Shown here: positions 1-12,815 of the stretch, piece after piece
Layout: each line of letters begins with the position of its first letter
Position numbering within the stretch: position 1 is the first letter of the stretch
Source of the DNA: Leucoraja ocellata
Taxonomy: Eukaryota
Assembly (NCBI GenBank): GCA_036785375.1
Contig: JAWMAR010000023.1
Coordinates: 5,146,001 to 5,210,000, forward strand
Length of the DNA stretch: 64,000 nucleotides
Direction of reading: 5' to 3'
Translations under genes and position numbers: made by a program
Notes under the pieces: generated by a model
What the model was told of the DNA's origin: nothing
What the model saw: only the letters and a program-made list of their open reading frames with translations
Database searches by the model: none

Positions 1-369
1 TTGTGAGAAACATAATTTGTAAGGAAGGTAGTTTGTGTTTCAGGTTTGATAGTCCATGAAAATTTGGTCTGTTTTGTACCTAACAGATTTTCCTTACAAA
101 CCAAACCATCATTGTACAGTATGCCATTTAAAATATTAATGAAATATCATTCTTCTGCATGCTACAAGGCAGTAATTGTTAATGATATACATTTGTTTTC
201 TGGCAGAGGTTTAAAGGGATTCTGGTGCTATGGTGAGAGTGTTTTAATACATTATTAAATGACTAGAACAATATAGTGGAGGATTCCACCCGTGCTTCCC
301 ACTCTTCTCATACACTGTCCTCCCCCTCTATTCCGTGTTTCGCATGTTTTACTGTATAATATTGAATAT

Positions 370-688
370 GGATGGCAAGGTGTCGCAGCGGTAGAGTTGT
401 TACCTTGCAGCACCAGAGACCCAGGTTTAATCCTGACTGCAGGTGCTGCACGCAGATACGGAATTTGTATATTCTCCCTGTTACCTGCGTGGGTTTTCTC
501 TAGGATCTCCGGTTTCCTCCCACACTCCAAAGACGTACTGGTTTGTAGGTTAATTGGCTTGGTATAATTGGAAATTGCCCCTAGTGTGTAGGATAGTGGT
601 AGTGTATGGGGATCACTGGTCGGCACGGACTCAGTGGGCTGAAGGGCCTGTTTCCGTGCTGTATCACTGAACTAAAAATAGACTAAAA
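370..688 (+). mobile_element. tRNA-derived V-SINE (HE1-like), near full length
   Basis: tRNA-like head (ggcaaggtgtcgcagcggtagag...cccaggtttaatcc), V-domain-like core (ctccggtttcctcccacactccaaagacgt), CR1-type tail (gggctgaagggcctgtttccgtgctgtatc) ending in actaaa repeats; paralogous to 30349-30666. Confidence 0.85.
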
Positions 689-1206
689 ATTGTGTTGATG
701 AATGAGCCACCAGCCAGGCATTGACATTGAGTGATATCACAGTCATTTCACCGGATAGTGGCTGATCTCTCGTCAACCGTCAGTTGATCAGCTGATGTGC
801 CAGAGCTGGCACCATTGACAACCCTTCCAGCTTTTGCCTTTCAGCCAGAGCAGTGGGTTATAGATTGCCAACATTTCCACTTTAATTCAGGAAGACAAGC
901 AGAATGGAGTTCTTCAGAAACAACAAACAGAAAGCAAAGCCCAGAGATTGCAGAATCCCTTTCTCCTTCTATAATTGGTAAAAAGACATTGCACTGAAGG
1001 CAGTGCGTCATTCAGGTTTCCTGTGACAGATTTTAATTTTTCGAGTCCTCCAATTTTGTGTTTGTAATTGAATTAGATTATGCTCCAGCATTGTACAGTG
1101 ACTGATGTGATTAGAATCAACCGTTGCAGTTGCTGCAGCTCAAATAGGCAATGAGTTCCCGAGCTACCTTCAGAGAAACCGTGCTGTTGGGATGAAATCA
1201 CATGTT

Positions 1207-1237
1207 CTGAAGAAGGGTCTCGACCCGAAACGTCACC
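1207..1237 (+). ncRNA. Minimal type I hammerhead ribozyme motif
   Basis: CTGAAGA 1207-1213, extra A, stem II GGGT/ACCC with CTCG loop, GAAA 1227-1230, palindromic ACGT mini stem III, predicted cleavage after C1234; stem I pairing is weak. Confidence 0.65.
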
Positions 1238-1303
1238 TATTCCTTCTCTCCAGCGATGCTGCCCTTCCGGCTGAGTTGCTCCAGCTTTTTGTGTCTATCT
1301 TCT
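1207..1303 (+). mobile_element. PLE-terminus mini-element (monomer) with hammerhead core
   Basis: ctgaagaagggtctcgacccgaaacgtcacctattccttctctccag...gagttgctccagc; flanked by acatgttc/atatgttc (possible TSD). Confidence 0.85.
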
Positions 1304-1390
1304 ATATGTTCAACTTCACTCTGGTGGGTTTCAATTTTGATTTGCAATGTCATTTTTAGTTCAGAACTGTGCAAGACCCCAACAAAAGTT

Positions 1391-1462
1391 GCCGATCGGC
1401 AAGGGCTCAGTGGGCTGAAGGGCCAGTTTCCGTACGATATCTCTAAACTAAATTAAACTAAA
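1391..1462 (+). mobile_element. 3' tail fragment of HE1-like SINE / CR1
   Basis: gggctcagtgggctgaagggccagtttccgtacgatatctctaaactaaattaaactaaa matches the tail at 625-680. Confidence 0.7.
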
Positions 1463-1636
1463 AAGCAATCCCACTGTTATATCTTGTGTGAAATATCTAA
1501 ATGTGCCCAGACTTTGTTTTTTTTAGAGAGGTGCTTTCTCCATGAGTGAGTAGTTGGTGATGTTCTCCTGTTTCATTGTGGTCAAATGACACCCACATTT
1601 TCCTTTCATGGAGTGGATTCTTGCTGAATAGCAGTA

Positions 1637-2600
1637 GATAGACCCAAAATGCTGGAGTAACTCCGCAGGTCCAGCAGCATCTCTAGAGAAAAGGAATAGG
1701 TGACGTTTCAGGCTGAAACCCTTCTTCTTCAGACTGAGATACGGGGGGGGGGGTGGAGAAGGAAACTAGAGGTCTAAAAGGGTTCAGTACAAGTCAGTCA
1801 TAGATACATAAACAATAGGTGCAGGATTAAGCCATTCGGCACCTCGATCCAGCACCGCCATTCAACGTGATCATGGCTGATCATCCACAATCAGTACCCC
1901 GGTCCTGCCTTCTCCCCATATCTCTTGATTTCGCTAGCCCTGAGAGCTCCAACTAACTCTCTTTTGAATGCATCCAGTGAATCGACCTCCACTGCCTGCT
2001 GAGGCGGAGAACTCCACAAATTCACAACTCTCTGGGCCGGCACCGATGACCAAGGAAATGTGGAGCCCACAATGATATGTTGTTGGCTGTGAAAGATGTG
2101 ATAATGACAGGATATATGGATGCGAACAATGGAACTGACAAGACGACTATATTAGGGGAGGGGCGGAGAGAGACGGACTGCAGGGGTTACTTAAAATTAA
2201 AATAAATCAATATTCATATCGCCATGTTGTAAGTTGCCCGAGCGAAATATGAGGTGCTGTTTCTCCAATTTACATATGGCCTACTCTGACAGTGGAAGAT
2301 GCCCAGGATAGAAAGGTCAGCATGTGAATGGGAATGGGAGTTTACATGGTTGGCAACAGGGAGATCGTGAACCTCTGCCTCGTGATCTGTCGTGCCCCCC
2401 TGGATGGAGTCGAGGGAGAAGGTATAGGGACTGGTGTTGCATCTCTTGCAGTTGCACGGGAAAGTACCTGTGGTTTGGGCGGGATGGGATGAGTAAACAG
2501 GGAGTTGCGGAGGGAACGGTCTCCGCAGAAACAGGAAAGGGGTGGAGTTGGAAAGATGCGACTACTGGTGCAATCCCTTTGGAGGCACCTTCTTGGAAAG
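1637..2600 (-). mobile_element. Penelope-like retroelement 3' fragment (Cys-rich linker, GIY-YIG C-terminus, 3' UTR and hammerhead terminus)
   Basis: Minus-strand translation gives LQRD..SRIFPTPPLS.F.GDRSLRNSL, FPCNCKRCNTS, LPVANH and KLEKQHLIFR.G.LQ...MNID; the GIY-YIG core is deleted near 2370; hammerhead terminus at 1637-1737. Confidence 0.85.
1799..2035 (-). mobile_element. CR1 LINE 3' end nested in the PLE 3' UTR
   Basis: Reverse complement of the CR1 tail at 44787-45030; PLE sequence resumes on both sides. Confidence 0.85.
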
Positions 2601-3296
2601 TTAGTGACACAAATTCCCCCCAATTGTGAAACATATTTACCAAACACTTCAGTTGGACGATGCCTTTTCAAACACATTTTGCCAAATGGTATCCGAGCGT
2701 GTAACTTTTAACATTGAGCTGAATCAGGCACCCCTCAACTATGGGCCCTGCAGCAAATGTGTCCTTGATTACTGCATGGCTCACGAAGCCCTTCAGGCCT
2801 CATTTTCGTGTCTCCCTTTTGAGCAATCCTGAACCAGGCCTTGAAATGTTCCCCTTCTTCAGCACGGCTCCGGCAGTGACAGCTGGTACAGCCATGAGCC
2901 TGTTTCACTGTTTTTAAATGTCTCTGATGATCTGAGACATTTTAAACTGTTGAAATGAATTTGTTTTTTCTTCATTTAAAACTCATCAAGCTATTTTAAA
3001 TTCAAAATACGAGTTTACAGTGAAGGTCAGGAACTCTATTAAAATGAATGGTGCTGGTTATGCCAGCTATGACTATCATAAACCTGAGGAATATGATGTG
3101 CGTCCAGGCCCTCTGTTTAATAAATTACAGAACATTTATGCATTCAATGGTGACTCACCCAAATGCTGACCTCCAGTACTCTGTGTACTTCCGTTCTGTC
3201 TTGAATGGCCACAACAATAAAAGGCACTGAAACAAGCTATTCAGGCCCCCAGACCACCCCTGTATTTACATATTTGAATATTCTGAATTTACAAAT

Positions 3297-3450
3297 GTCA
3301 TCGAGTGATACAGTGTGGAAACAGGCCCCTCGGCATAACTTGCCCACACCGACCAACATGTTTCAGCTGCACTAGTCCCATTTGCCTGCATTTGGTCCAT
3401 ATCCCTACAAACTTGTCCTATCCATGTATCCTGTCTAACAGATTCTTAAC
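3297..3450 (-). mobile_element. CR1 (HER1-like) 3' tail
   Basis: gagtgatacagtgtggaaacaggcccctcggc...cctatccatgta; same tail family as 62095-62278. Confidence 0.8.
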
Positions 3451-5412
3451 TGTCCTCTTATAAATTTGTGCCGATTATTACAAACCTAGTTCAATATCAT
3501 TTGAAATCTCCTAAATGTAAACTGCATAGTGGTGGTCCCAGTACTGTATCCAATGTAAGCTGCCTGCTGAGTGCTTCCACTGCTGTAGCTGGCCATTCTG
3601 TGCCTTTGCTCTTGACTCGACATTCTCTGGCCTTTACTCATTCTCTGTTATGTGACATCTTATCAACAGCCCTTAGAAAATCTAAATAAATTAAATCTAC
3701 AGCATTACCCACGCCTATTTCCCTGTCACCTCCTCAAAAAATCCAATACGGGCAACGAGGCAAGGTTTTTCCCCTTTTGAAATCCATGCTGACTATTCAT
3801 TATTACATTTCTCATTTCTAGATGTTCTATTCTCTCATTTAGTAGAGATTCCATAGCTATTCTTACATCAAGTTAAATTGACTGGTTATATATCGATATT
3901 ACATTAGCTATCTGCCAATTCTCTGACACCATGCGTTTTTCTAATAAACTATTAAGTGTATGTGGTAATGCCTGTGCATCTCGACCCAAGATTCTTCCAA
4001 GATGCGATCTCTTTGATTAGACTGGATTATTCAACATATCTTTTCTTTGAAAAATTGATCAATTTTATTACTCATTTCTCATCATTTCATCATCAGCGTC
4101 ACCTGTTCTATCCTTCAGGTATGCACTGAAGCAATAAATGATTCATGATTATTTAATTATTGGTAATGTAGTTCCCCTCCCACCCATGTTATGTGTTTGT
4201 CAAATACTTCGCTAGTTTATTCAGTTTCTAGATTTAATATCATTGTATTTTTTATTTCTCCCCAAATCCCTTTGTATTCTGTGGCTTACATCCCTTGCTG
4301 CCTGTGTATAAATGTATGCCTCTTTTCCTTCCCTCAGTTGTGCCCTTGTGCATTTATTCATCCATGGAGCCTTGTGATTGTTTAGTTTATTCCTTTAGCT
4401 CAATATATTTTTGATGTATTCCGAACATGTTTAAAATTATGCTCTTTGTTTCTCATTCCTCATATTTCCATATGTCATAGAAAAAGGCCATTCAACCTGC
4501 AGCTTTCAGAGAATTCCTATCAGCCCCTTCTTGCTTCCCTGCGATCTATTATCTCACCTTATTATTTGCAAATATTGCTGCCTATTTTGCCTTCCCAAAC
4601 TGTAATTCAATTCCTCAAAATCAGGTTTTTTTCCAATTTGTTAACTTATTTCCTTCTCTGTTAACGTTTCACCAGCTAGCTATCAATGCAGACCAGTCAA
4701 ATGAAATATCCAAGCTTTCTCCTGCCATTGTCATCACAGTGGGCTCCATATTTCAGCTGTATTATCGAGGCTGGGATTGGCGTGCAGGGCTGTGGCTGGG
4801 AGAAGTGCATGTCTCGGTTCTGCCCCTTTGCTTCCCCTGCTGCTTTGCTCATAACCATCAAGGCTCAAAAACAATTGACTTTCCAACAGCTCAGTGCTAC
4901 ATTGTTAAATGACATCAGTGGGGGACGGCAGAACTGTCGGGGACGGGAAAGAAATGTTTTGAAGAAAAGTTAATGAGAAATGACTTTGGATTTACTTTTC
5001 TGTGTTCATTTCTCTTACCTTCCTGCTTATGCTGAAATAAACTTTGAAAACCAGTGTTATCTATCAATCAAAATATTGAGCCATTTGAGCTATTTAATTA
5101 TTTTAAAATTATATTTAATTGGTCTGTTAAATTAAGAACATGTAGTTTTCTGTAAAGCTGCACAGTACTGAGTTAATTGTGAACCAAGCCATGAAACAAT
5201 CTGAATGAGCAACACTCTTTTCAGCTGCTGTCCTGAAATCTTCAAGGTCACCAGCCCAAGCCTCCTCCCACCACAAATCATAACCTTCCCACTCACCAAC
5301 CCAGTCAGACTCGACTCACTGCAATAACTAATCTGCTTCATTCACCAGCTTCAGACAACAACAATCACTTATTTTTGTCTTCTTCAATTTCATCCAATTT
5401 ATCGATACCTAA

Positions 5413-5729
5413 AAGCCCTGTCCCACTGTACGAGTTCATTCAAGAGTTCTCCCGAGTTTGCCCTGATTCGTACTCGGAGATTTACGGTAATGGCCGCTTG
5501 TAGGTACTCGGGGCTCTCGTGGACATTTTTCAACATGTTGAAAAATATTCACGAGTCTTCCCGAGCTTACCGCGTTTCCCGAGTACCTGCCGTTAGCGTT
5601 ACGAGCCGCTAAGAGACGTCCCCGAGCTCCGACGTACCCGCTACGTACATTGTACGTGCTTCCACGAGTTTGATTTTTTTTTAAACTCGGGAGAGCTCTT
5701 GAACGAACTCGTACAGTGGGACAGGGCCA
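5413..5729. mobile_element. MITE, PIF/Harbinger-like
   Basis: TIR gccctgtcccactgtacgagttcattcaagagttctcccgagttt ... aaactcgggagagctcttgaacgaactcgtacagtgggacagggc; internal 22-bp palindrome atttttcaacatgttgaaaaat at 5525-5546; CpG-rich. Confidence 0.85.
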
Positions 5730-6056
5730 ATACCGTGTTTCTCACCATAGTCTTCCAGAATAGTGCCATTCTTTACCATTCAGCCAGCTTTCACCAAATG
5801 TTTGCCGACAATCCCAATTTATGTAACCCACCCCACCTCTTCTATTCTAAAGAACATCGCAGAGACAGTACATTCAGGGCCTTGAGCAGCAGTGGCTCTG
5901 AGCTTAGATATGATGCTGTGTATCAATATTTGTATTGCCACCGATAACTGCAAAATACTGGAATTAGGGATTCAGTATGTATATTCGTTAACTCATTTTT
6001 CAGATTCTGTATCCAGCATCCGGTAATCTGAGGAATGGCCACAAAGTTAAACATTG

Positions 6057-6284
6057 GGGAAAAAAAGACACAACGTGCTGGAGTAACTTAGTGGGATCAG
6101 GCAGCATCTCTGAGGAGCATGGATAGGCGACATTTCAGGTTGGGACCCTTCAAATGGGTCCAGAAGGGTGCTGACTCAAAATGCCACCTATTGATACTCT
6201 CCAGAGTTGTTGCCTGACCCGCTGAGGTACTCCAGCACTTTGTGCTTTTTTTTTTGTAAACCAGCATCTACAGTTCCTTGTATG
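6057..6284. mobile_element. Inverted-dimer PLE/hammerhead mini-element
   Basis: Minus copy 6065-6151 and plus copy 6161-6280; flanking direct repeat cacaaagttaaacattg (6040-6056) / cacaagttaaacagtg (6285-6300). Confidence 0.8.
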
Positions 6285-8234
6285 CACAAGTTAAACAGTG
6301 AGGCTTGTGTGCAAAACTAGTTTCCCTTAAACTTAATTTTTTTTTCTCCAAAAATTGGTATCGCCTGATTTTCACGCTTTTACTTCTCCATGCGATGTTC
6401 GTAGAGTTTCCCAAAGAACTATGTGTCCAAAGATATGGAGTTTGTGCGTTGACTTACAGGATTATAGTTACATCATGTCAAAATGGTGCAGTAAGTTAAA
6501 AAAAAAAAAATGTTTTTTTTGGTTCGATGTGACAAAGTATTTCTGGAACTGGTCGCTACTAATGGTAACAGGAGCTCCTCAGTCACATTTGTCAGGTCCA
6601 GGCCCAAATCCGGGGAGTTTCTGACAGCCTATTAAGAAGAGGATGGGATGTGTCACCATTTGAGTTGTTCACATGTGTGCGTTCTATAAAAACTGTCATG
6701 GAGTTTATTTTGATGGGGTCTCACAGCCTTCTGCAACATCTCAATCCCGAAGATCTTGGGGGGAAAAAACTGTCAGTTCTCACTTGTCTGGCGTAAGACT
6801 CGTACGTAGCCAGAGAAGGATGACAGTGTCGAAAGAGGCCATTTGGCCCATCTCTTGTGTCTGCAAGAAAAATCCTGCGGTCCTGTGGTCATTGCTGATA
6901 ATGCCAGCTTTTACTACAAACTGCAAACTAGGCGCCATATCTGAGGAGGGATGTGCTGGCTCTGGAGAGGGCCCAGTTTGGGAGGTACTTTCACCATAGC
7001 CGTGGCAAGTAACTGTGGTGCATATTTTGCTGCTGCACTTTGTAGCGACTGGGTGCTGTTGGTGCAATGACAAATGGAATGTCAATTAAGCAGGTTTCTT
7101 GAGTATTGTTGGTGCACTAATCCAGGCAAGATTTTCAAACATACTCCTAATTTAATTAATGTAAGTGGTGGGAAAGATTTGAGGTGTCATTGTGTGAGTT
7201 ACTTGTGGCAGATGCATTTGCTATTATATCCCCTGTATTTATCTGTATGATCCAGATATGTTTCTAGTTATTGGTGACCCCCAAGATGTTTTTGGATTAA
7301 AGTCATTGTTAATGATATTACTCTTGGTTAACACTGATAGTTGGGTAAACTCTGCCTTGCTGGAGATGGTCCATTTCATTTGGACTACTTCATTTGTTTC
7401 ACATCTTTTCCCAAGTGCAGCACCACATTTCCCAGTATAGGGATTGTTCTTTCTGGAAAACAAACCATTCTTTGCAAGTGTTCATTGAAGATTGAATGTT
7501 GCTCAGGAACTTCCCTGTTTTTTCTATACCTGCCTTAAGCATATATGAACATTTAAAAATCCTGCTTGAAAGATGAACCCTTAGACAGATCAATGTTCCC
7601 TCAGTTTCAACCTGATACTCAGTCCCCTCAGAACGTGAAGCCTCGACCTGTTGGCTCAATGCCCTGAACTCAGTGGCAGGAAATAAAACCCAATTTTCTG
7701 CCACATTGTGAAAAGACAAGAGCACCTGAAATATTCCATCGTATTGAAGAGAATTTCTCGGATGTTGAGGACACGACAGATATTGCAGAAATGTAACAGG
7801 TCTGGAAAACGATGAGTTAATCATAAAGATGAGGGAGCCTTCGACACAACTAGTTGAGTTAGAAAAGCAGACTAATTGGAATGAAGAGGGAGGGCGATGG
7901 GGAGTGATTGGAAAGGATTACAATTTTTTTTTTAAAAGTCAAGTGGTTGAAATATTGCAAAGCTGAAATATTCAAGGCAAAAGTAGGTTCAGTTCATCTC
8001 AATTATTTTGGGGCTGGTAGCTATTAGTCTTGTAACTGCTCCCTGTGCACTTTGTATTACAGCTGTTGCTCAATGCCAAATGGAGAGGAAGACTGCAGTC
8101 TATGCCTTCACAATAATCATAGTCAGAGCTGCACTGACAGTATATTGTTCTCATTGTGGGATGTAGGCTTCATTGACAAAGGCAACATTTTGGTTGCATT
8201 GTGCTCCATGTTGTTCTATTGGCCGTGTTATTAT

Positions 8235-8700
8235 GGACTATAAATACAAAACTGTGAGGGGCCAGAGGAAAGTTAAAAGAATGTTCCCTGGTCCGGAGAA
8301 TCGTGATTATCAGGAGAAATTTGGTCTGGTGGTGTTTTATTTAGAACATTGAAAATTCGTCAAGCTGTGTAAAATTATGAGAAACCTAAACAGTAGGAAG
8401 GCCCTGCTTCCTTTAACAGAGAGGCTAATAACAATGACCTGGGTTTAAGATATTTGCTGAAAGCAATAGAATGGAGTGGAGAGTATTATTTTCACACCAG
8501 GAGTGATGGGGGTTTGGAAATCCTGCTTGGAAGGACAATGGAGGCAGAAGCAAGGTCATTGGATGAGCCCTTGAAGCGCCGTTCACCACAAGGCTGAAGA
8601 TTGAGAGATGGGGAGCGGAGTTAGTCTAATTAGTTCTTTATTTTGATGTGGATGGACAAGATGTGCAGAATGGCTGCCTCCTGTGTTGTAATTTTTTTAA
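8235..8700 (+). mobile_element. Old degenerate CR1 LINE 3' region
   Basis: Decayed ORF2-end motifs (aaaattatgagaaacctaaacag, ttttcacaccaggagtgatgggggtttggaa) and tail (agaatggctgcctcctgtgttgtaa). Confidence 0.6.
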
Positions 8701-10254
8701 TGGTTCTTTGTTGGATTGAATGATCCCTCAATGTCCTTGAGATATCTGCTTGAACCATTGCAGTCTAGTTGATGAAGATTCTCTCATGGTGCTGCGAGGA
8801 TAGAATTCCAGGATATTTTGTGTTCATTTATAGGACTTAAGTGCCACGGGCAAAGCAAGCATTGATTGCCCACAGGTCACAGGATAAAAGGAGACCATTC
8901 AGACCCATTGAGTCCTTGCGGGTTCTGCACAAAAGTCTTCCAGCTCGTTCCACTTTTCAGTCCTACCAATGTTGGCCTCTAATTTTCTTTTCTCTCTTAT
9001 ATGGTGTCCAGTTAGATTTGCCCCAACATCATTTGCCGTGCATTCCAAATCCTCATCGCCAACTGCGTTAAACGTTGATCCTCATCTTGAACTTCTGCAA
9101 TTAGCGTAGCAATGTTATTCTTGTCATGCTCGATCCAGTACTTAGACCTTCTTTAATGAAAGAGTTGGTTATATTCCCAAGTCACGATGACATGCAGGCT
9201 GGAGTGGAATTTACAGATGGTGGTGTTCCATGTACTTGCTTTACTTGTTCTTCTGGGTGGAAAGATTGGCAAGTTACTGCTGGCCCACACAAGCTGAGCC
9301 TTGAGAGCTCTGTTGATGACCAACTTTATCATGTTAGCCTAATGCTGTATTGATTGGTTAGATTCGATTTGTTCAGCCTCGTGAATGCCTGAGCAATTTC
9401 CCGCTGTCGGGGAGATGTTAGAGTTGTAGCTGTAAATGGAATGAGATTAGAAAGGTATTTGAGAAAGCAAAAGTATTTTTCTGAAGGAAGTATTCTGTAA
9501 TGTTGAATCCTTCGCTTCCCATCCCCAAACATCATTCACGTGTGACTTCAGCCCAATGCAATAGGACAGGGATCCCCAAATATTCCTGTTGAAATTACTA
9601 AGCTTTTTAATTACACCAGTGGAGTTGGATTTTGGAAATATTATTACAGTGAAAGCCTCACAATGCCATTTAATTATGTTAGCACAATGTAAAACCCTTC
9701 TGGCAGGGCAATGCAAGTCACATATCCATTGAGCGTTTGGCATTCTAATTGGCAACGACAGGAGAGTTCCATTCCATTTGGTACGCAGCCTGTTTCTTTA
9801 TTGATCAGGTTAGGTATCATAGATGGCCAGGCACTAGGTGACACTAATATATTCATGAATGCTTCATCTATTCCTGTTGATGAGACTTGCCTGGTGGCAA
9901 AGCGTGGTTACTGCACCCTCTTGTCCACATTAACTCCTTGGCTTCATTGCAAAGACTCATCGAAATTGGATACAGCAGTCAACCTTTTGGATCAGCACTG
10001 TTGCAATTAAAAAAAAATATCATGAAACCAATAAGAAGCTTGTTTTTCCAAGTTTATTGGAACCCGTCTGTGTTGTGCGTTACACAAGAAATGCAAGCAG
10101 CCAAAAGCTCAAACAGAAAGATAGCAGCTGTCCCCAACCCGTCCTCAAGCTGTGAAACCAACAAATTGCTCTGATATATCAGTGCAATATATTTAACCCA
10201 AAATAAAACTAAGGAGCAGAATCTATTTGCACAGCAGTTGCTATAGACTTTGCT

Positions 10255-10580
10255 TATGGCTCAGTTTCTAAAACTCTTGTTCTGAGTCAAGATGATTGTG
10301 GATTCGGGTCTCAGTCCAAAAACTTCAGTACAAAACTCGAGGCTGATGGTCCAGATAAGCCATTAAGCTGCTCTCCTGGGTGACGTCAAAGATCCTGTGA
10401 TTGTTTTTGGAGGAAAATATTTATCCCGCTGTCAATTTTACTAAAAAAGCTTGTGCATCACCATTTACAGCTTGCGCACAAATTTATGAATGATACTTCA
10501 GAAGGACGATCAGCTGCGGATCATTTTGGGATATTGCTTGTCATAAATGGTATGACACTAATGGAAAAAGGTGTTTCTTA
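10255..10580 (+). mobile_element. Degenerate DeuSINE (SacSINE1-like)
   Basis: tRNA-like head (ctcttgttctgagtcaagatgattgtggattc), ggtgacgtcaaagatcctgtg, aatatttatccc and cattttgggat motifs resembling the Deu core and tail. Confidence 0.55.
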
Positions 10581-11289
10581 TTCGTATGTGACTTGTCCTC
10601 TAAAGGTCCAGTCAGATAACTGACAGCTCTGGGACAGTTTCAGCATATCTCCATTATGATCAATTTCCAGCATAGTGTTTCTTTCAAGCTTATCATATGT
10701 ATACATTCTTCCTATCTCTCTCCTCCTCACCAGGGGATTAAATACCAAAAGGATGAGAGTTTTAAAGGAATGGGAAGATATTGCACTATTTTAGGACCAT
10801 GATATGCATGCTAACCTACCCTGGCCAACACATCCTTTTGCAGATATCAGAATTTTAGTTCAGATTGAGCTAAATCACTTGCAATCCTGATATAGAATTG
10901 AATCTTATTCAGAAAATTCTTCTTAAAAGGCTACTAGTTATTAGCTTGTTAATAACTTGTACCTCATTGATTACTCGGTATACTGATCTAGGTAATCCAT
11001 TCGGTATATGGACTATGTCTTTGTCCACTATATATATATATATATACACACACCAGAAGCTCGCCCTTTCTATCACTTGTGAGCCAAGTTAAAAGAATTC
11101 CAAAACTTGTCCTATTGAGTGAGGCTTAGGTTTGATGTTAAGCCAATCCCTCATTCTCTGCACCTACCAGGCTATCTCTGCCAATTGTGAAGGGCTGACT
11201 CCTTGCTGGTAAGAGTTTTATCGGCCCTGCCATATCTACTTGCATGGCCAAGTTTTCATTCTTGATATGAAAGTAAGTAAGATTTACAC

Positions 11290-11560
11290 TAATACAATGC
11301 ATTACATTTTATGCTCAAATGAACTTTACAGCCAAGAAAGTACTTTGAAATGTAGTAATGGTCACAATGCAGACAACTAAATCTCAGAAACAACAATGTC
11401 ATGTTGACCGTATGCAAGTTTTTGTGAGGTTGCCTGAGGGCTAAATATTGTTCACGTCACCAAGAGAACATTATTTTCCGTACACCTGAACAAGCTGAAT
11501 AGGCCCTACTTTAACTTCTCACAAATGGTTATTTAATAGCTTAGTGATTCTGTGATACTG
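11290..11560 (-). mobile_element. Degenerate DeuSINE relic
   Basis: actttacagccaagaaagtactttgaaatgtagt...tgagggctaaatattg is the reverse-strand Deu domain pattern. Confidence 0.55.
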
Positions 11561-11573
11561 GCTCTATATGTAA

Positions 11574-12134
11574 AGGGGCTGCCCCACTTCGGCGGCCTAA
11601 TTGGCGAGTTTGGAAGACTGCCCTCGACTCATCATCGCAGCATGTTCGACACGAGGTCCTAGGAGGTCTTTGTAACTTTCCTTCATGCTTGAGAGTAGTC
11701 CACGTGTACTCGAGGCCTCAGCTAGGTCGCGCCATTTTTTTTCAACATGCTGAAAAATGTCCGCGAGTAAAAAAAGGTCGCCATGGGAAAAAATTGATTT
11801 TTTTTTACTCGGATGTTTAGTCGAAGTAGGTCGTAGTAGGCCGGCATGTTAGTCGTAGGTAATCAAGGGTAGTCAAAGGTAATCTAAGGTAGTCGAAGGT
11901 AGTCATAGATAGTCTTCATCATAGTCGAAGGGAGGTCGAAGGAGATCGAAGGAGGTCGTCTTCACTCTCCACTATTCGGTGTCCAATTTTCCCGAAGCTA
12001 GTCTTCAACACAGTCGAAGGAGGTCGAAGGAGGTCTTCTACATAGTCGACGGAGGCCTTCAACACGACACTTTTTCAAACTCTCCTAAACTTTTCTAAAC
12101 TCGCCAATTAGGTTGCCGCAGTGGGACAGCCCCT
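11574..12134. mobile_element. MITE, PIF/Harbinger-like, with internal tandem repeats
   Basis: TIR aggggctgccccacttcggcggcctaattggcgagttt ... aaactcgccaattaggttgccgcagtgggacagcccct; palindrome tttttcaacatgctgaaaaa at 11738-11757; gtcgaagg/gtagtc repeats at 11815-12060. Confidence 0.85.
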
Positions 12135-12429
12135 ATGGGCATAGTTGTTGTGAACTGCTTCAAGCTTTGTCTGATCAGTGACTTGCCCATGTTCTGAATC
12201 TGCATTGTTTAGGGCACGATAGTTTTGTTTTCAGTGTGCTGGGTATATGCAGAAAGATACAGCTGCATTGTTAATGTTGAGGAGGGAGGGGCTAAAAGCA
12301 TTTTGCACTCTTAACCACACCCCAGCTCCCACTCACAATAGCTGGCACCAGTGGCATCTGGTTCCCTGCAATCCATTGAAGGTTGTGTTGTGACATTAGC
12401 ATAGTTCTGGGCTCAAGAGTGCAATTCAT

Positions 12430-12815
12430 GTAATCATACAACACAGAGGGTCATCAATCGGCCTTTCATACCTCTGTCGACAATTTGAAAGGATATGAGT
12501 TTAATCCCTCTCTACCCCTGAAGCCCTGCAAATGTTTCCTCTTCAAGCATGTATTCAATTCCCTTTTGAAAGTTACTATTGATTCTGCTTTGACCAAAGT
12601 TTCAAGCAGTGAGTTGAAGATCAGATAAAACGCTACATTAAACAACGCCCATCTCTGTTCTGGTTCTTTTTGCCAATTACCTTAAATCTGTGCCCTCTGG
12701 TTAATGGCCCTCTTGCCAGTGGAGACGATTTCTTTACTCTATAAAAATACATTATGGTTTTGAAGACCTGTGTTGGAACTTATCTAAAACTTCTCTGCTC
12801 TGAGGTGAATAGCCC
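12430..12815 (-). mobile_element. Old CR1 LINE 3' fragment
   Basis: aattcccttttgaaagttactattgattctgc and ccttaaatctgtgccctctggtt are reverse-strand CR1 ORF2-end motifs (TRGH-like). Confidence 0.6.

Noticed and set aside
370-450. tRNA gene
   Set aside because: The tRNA-like region continues into a SINE core and tail; no complete cloverleaf
11815-12065. CRISPR-like array
   Set aside because: Degenerate 9-11 bp tandem units without unique spacers, inside a MITE in eukaryotic DNA; no cas genes
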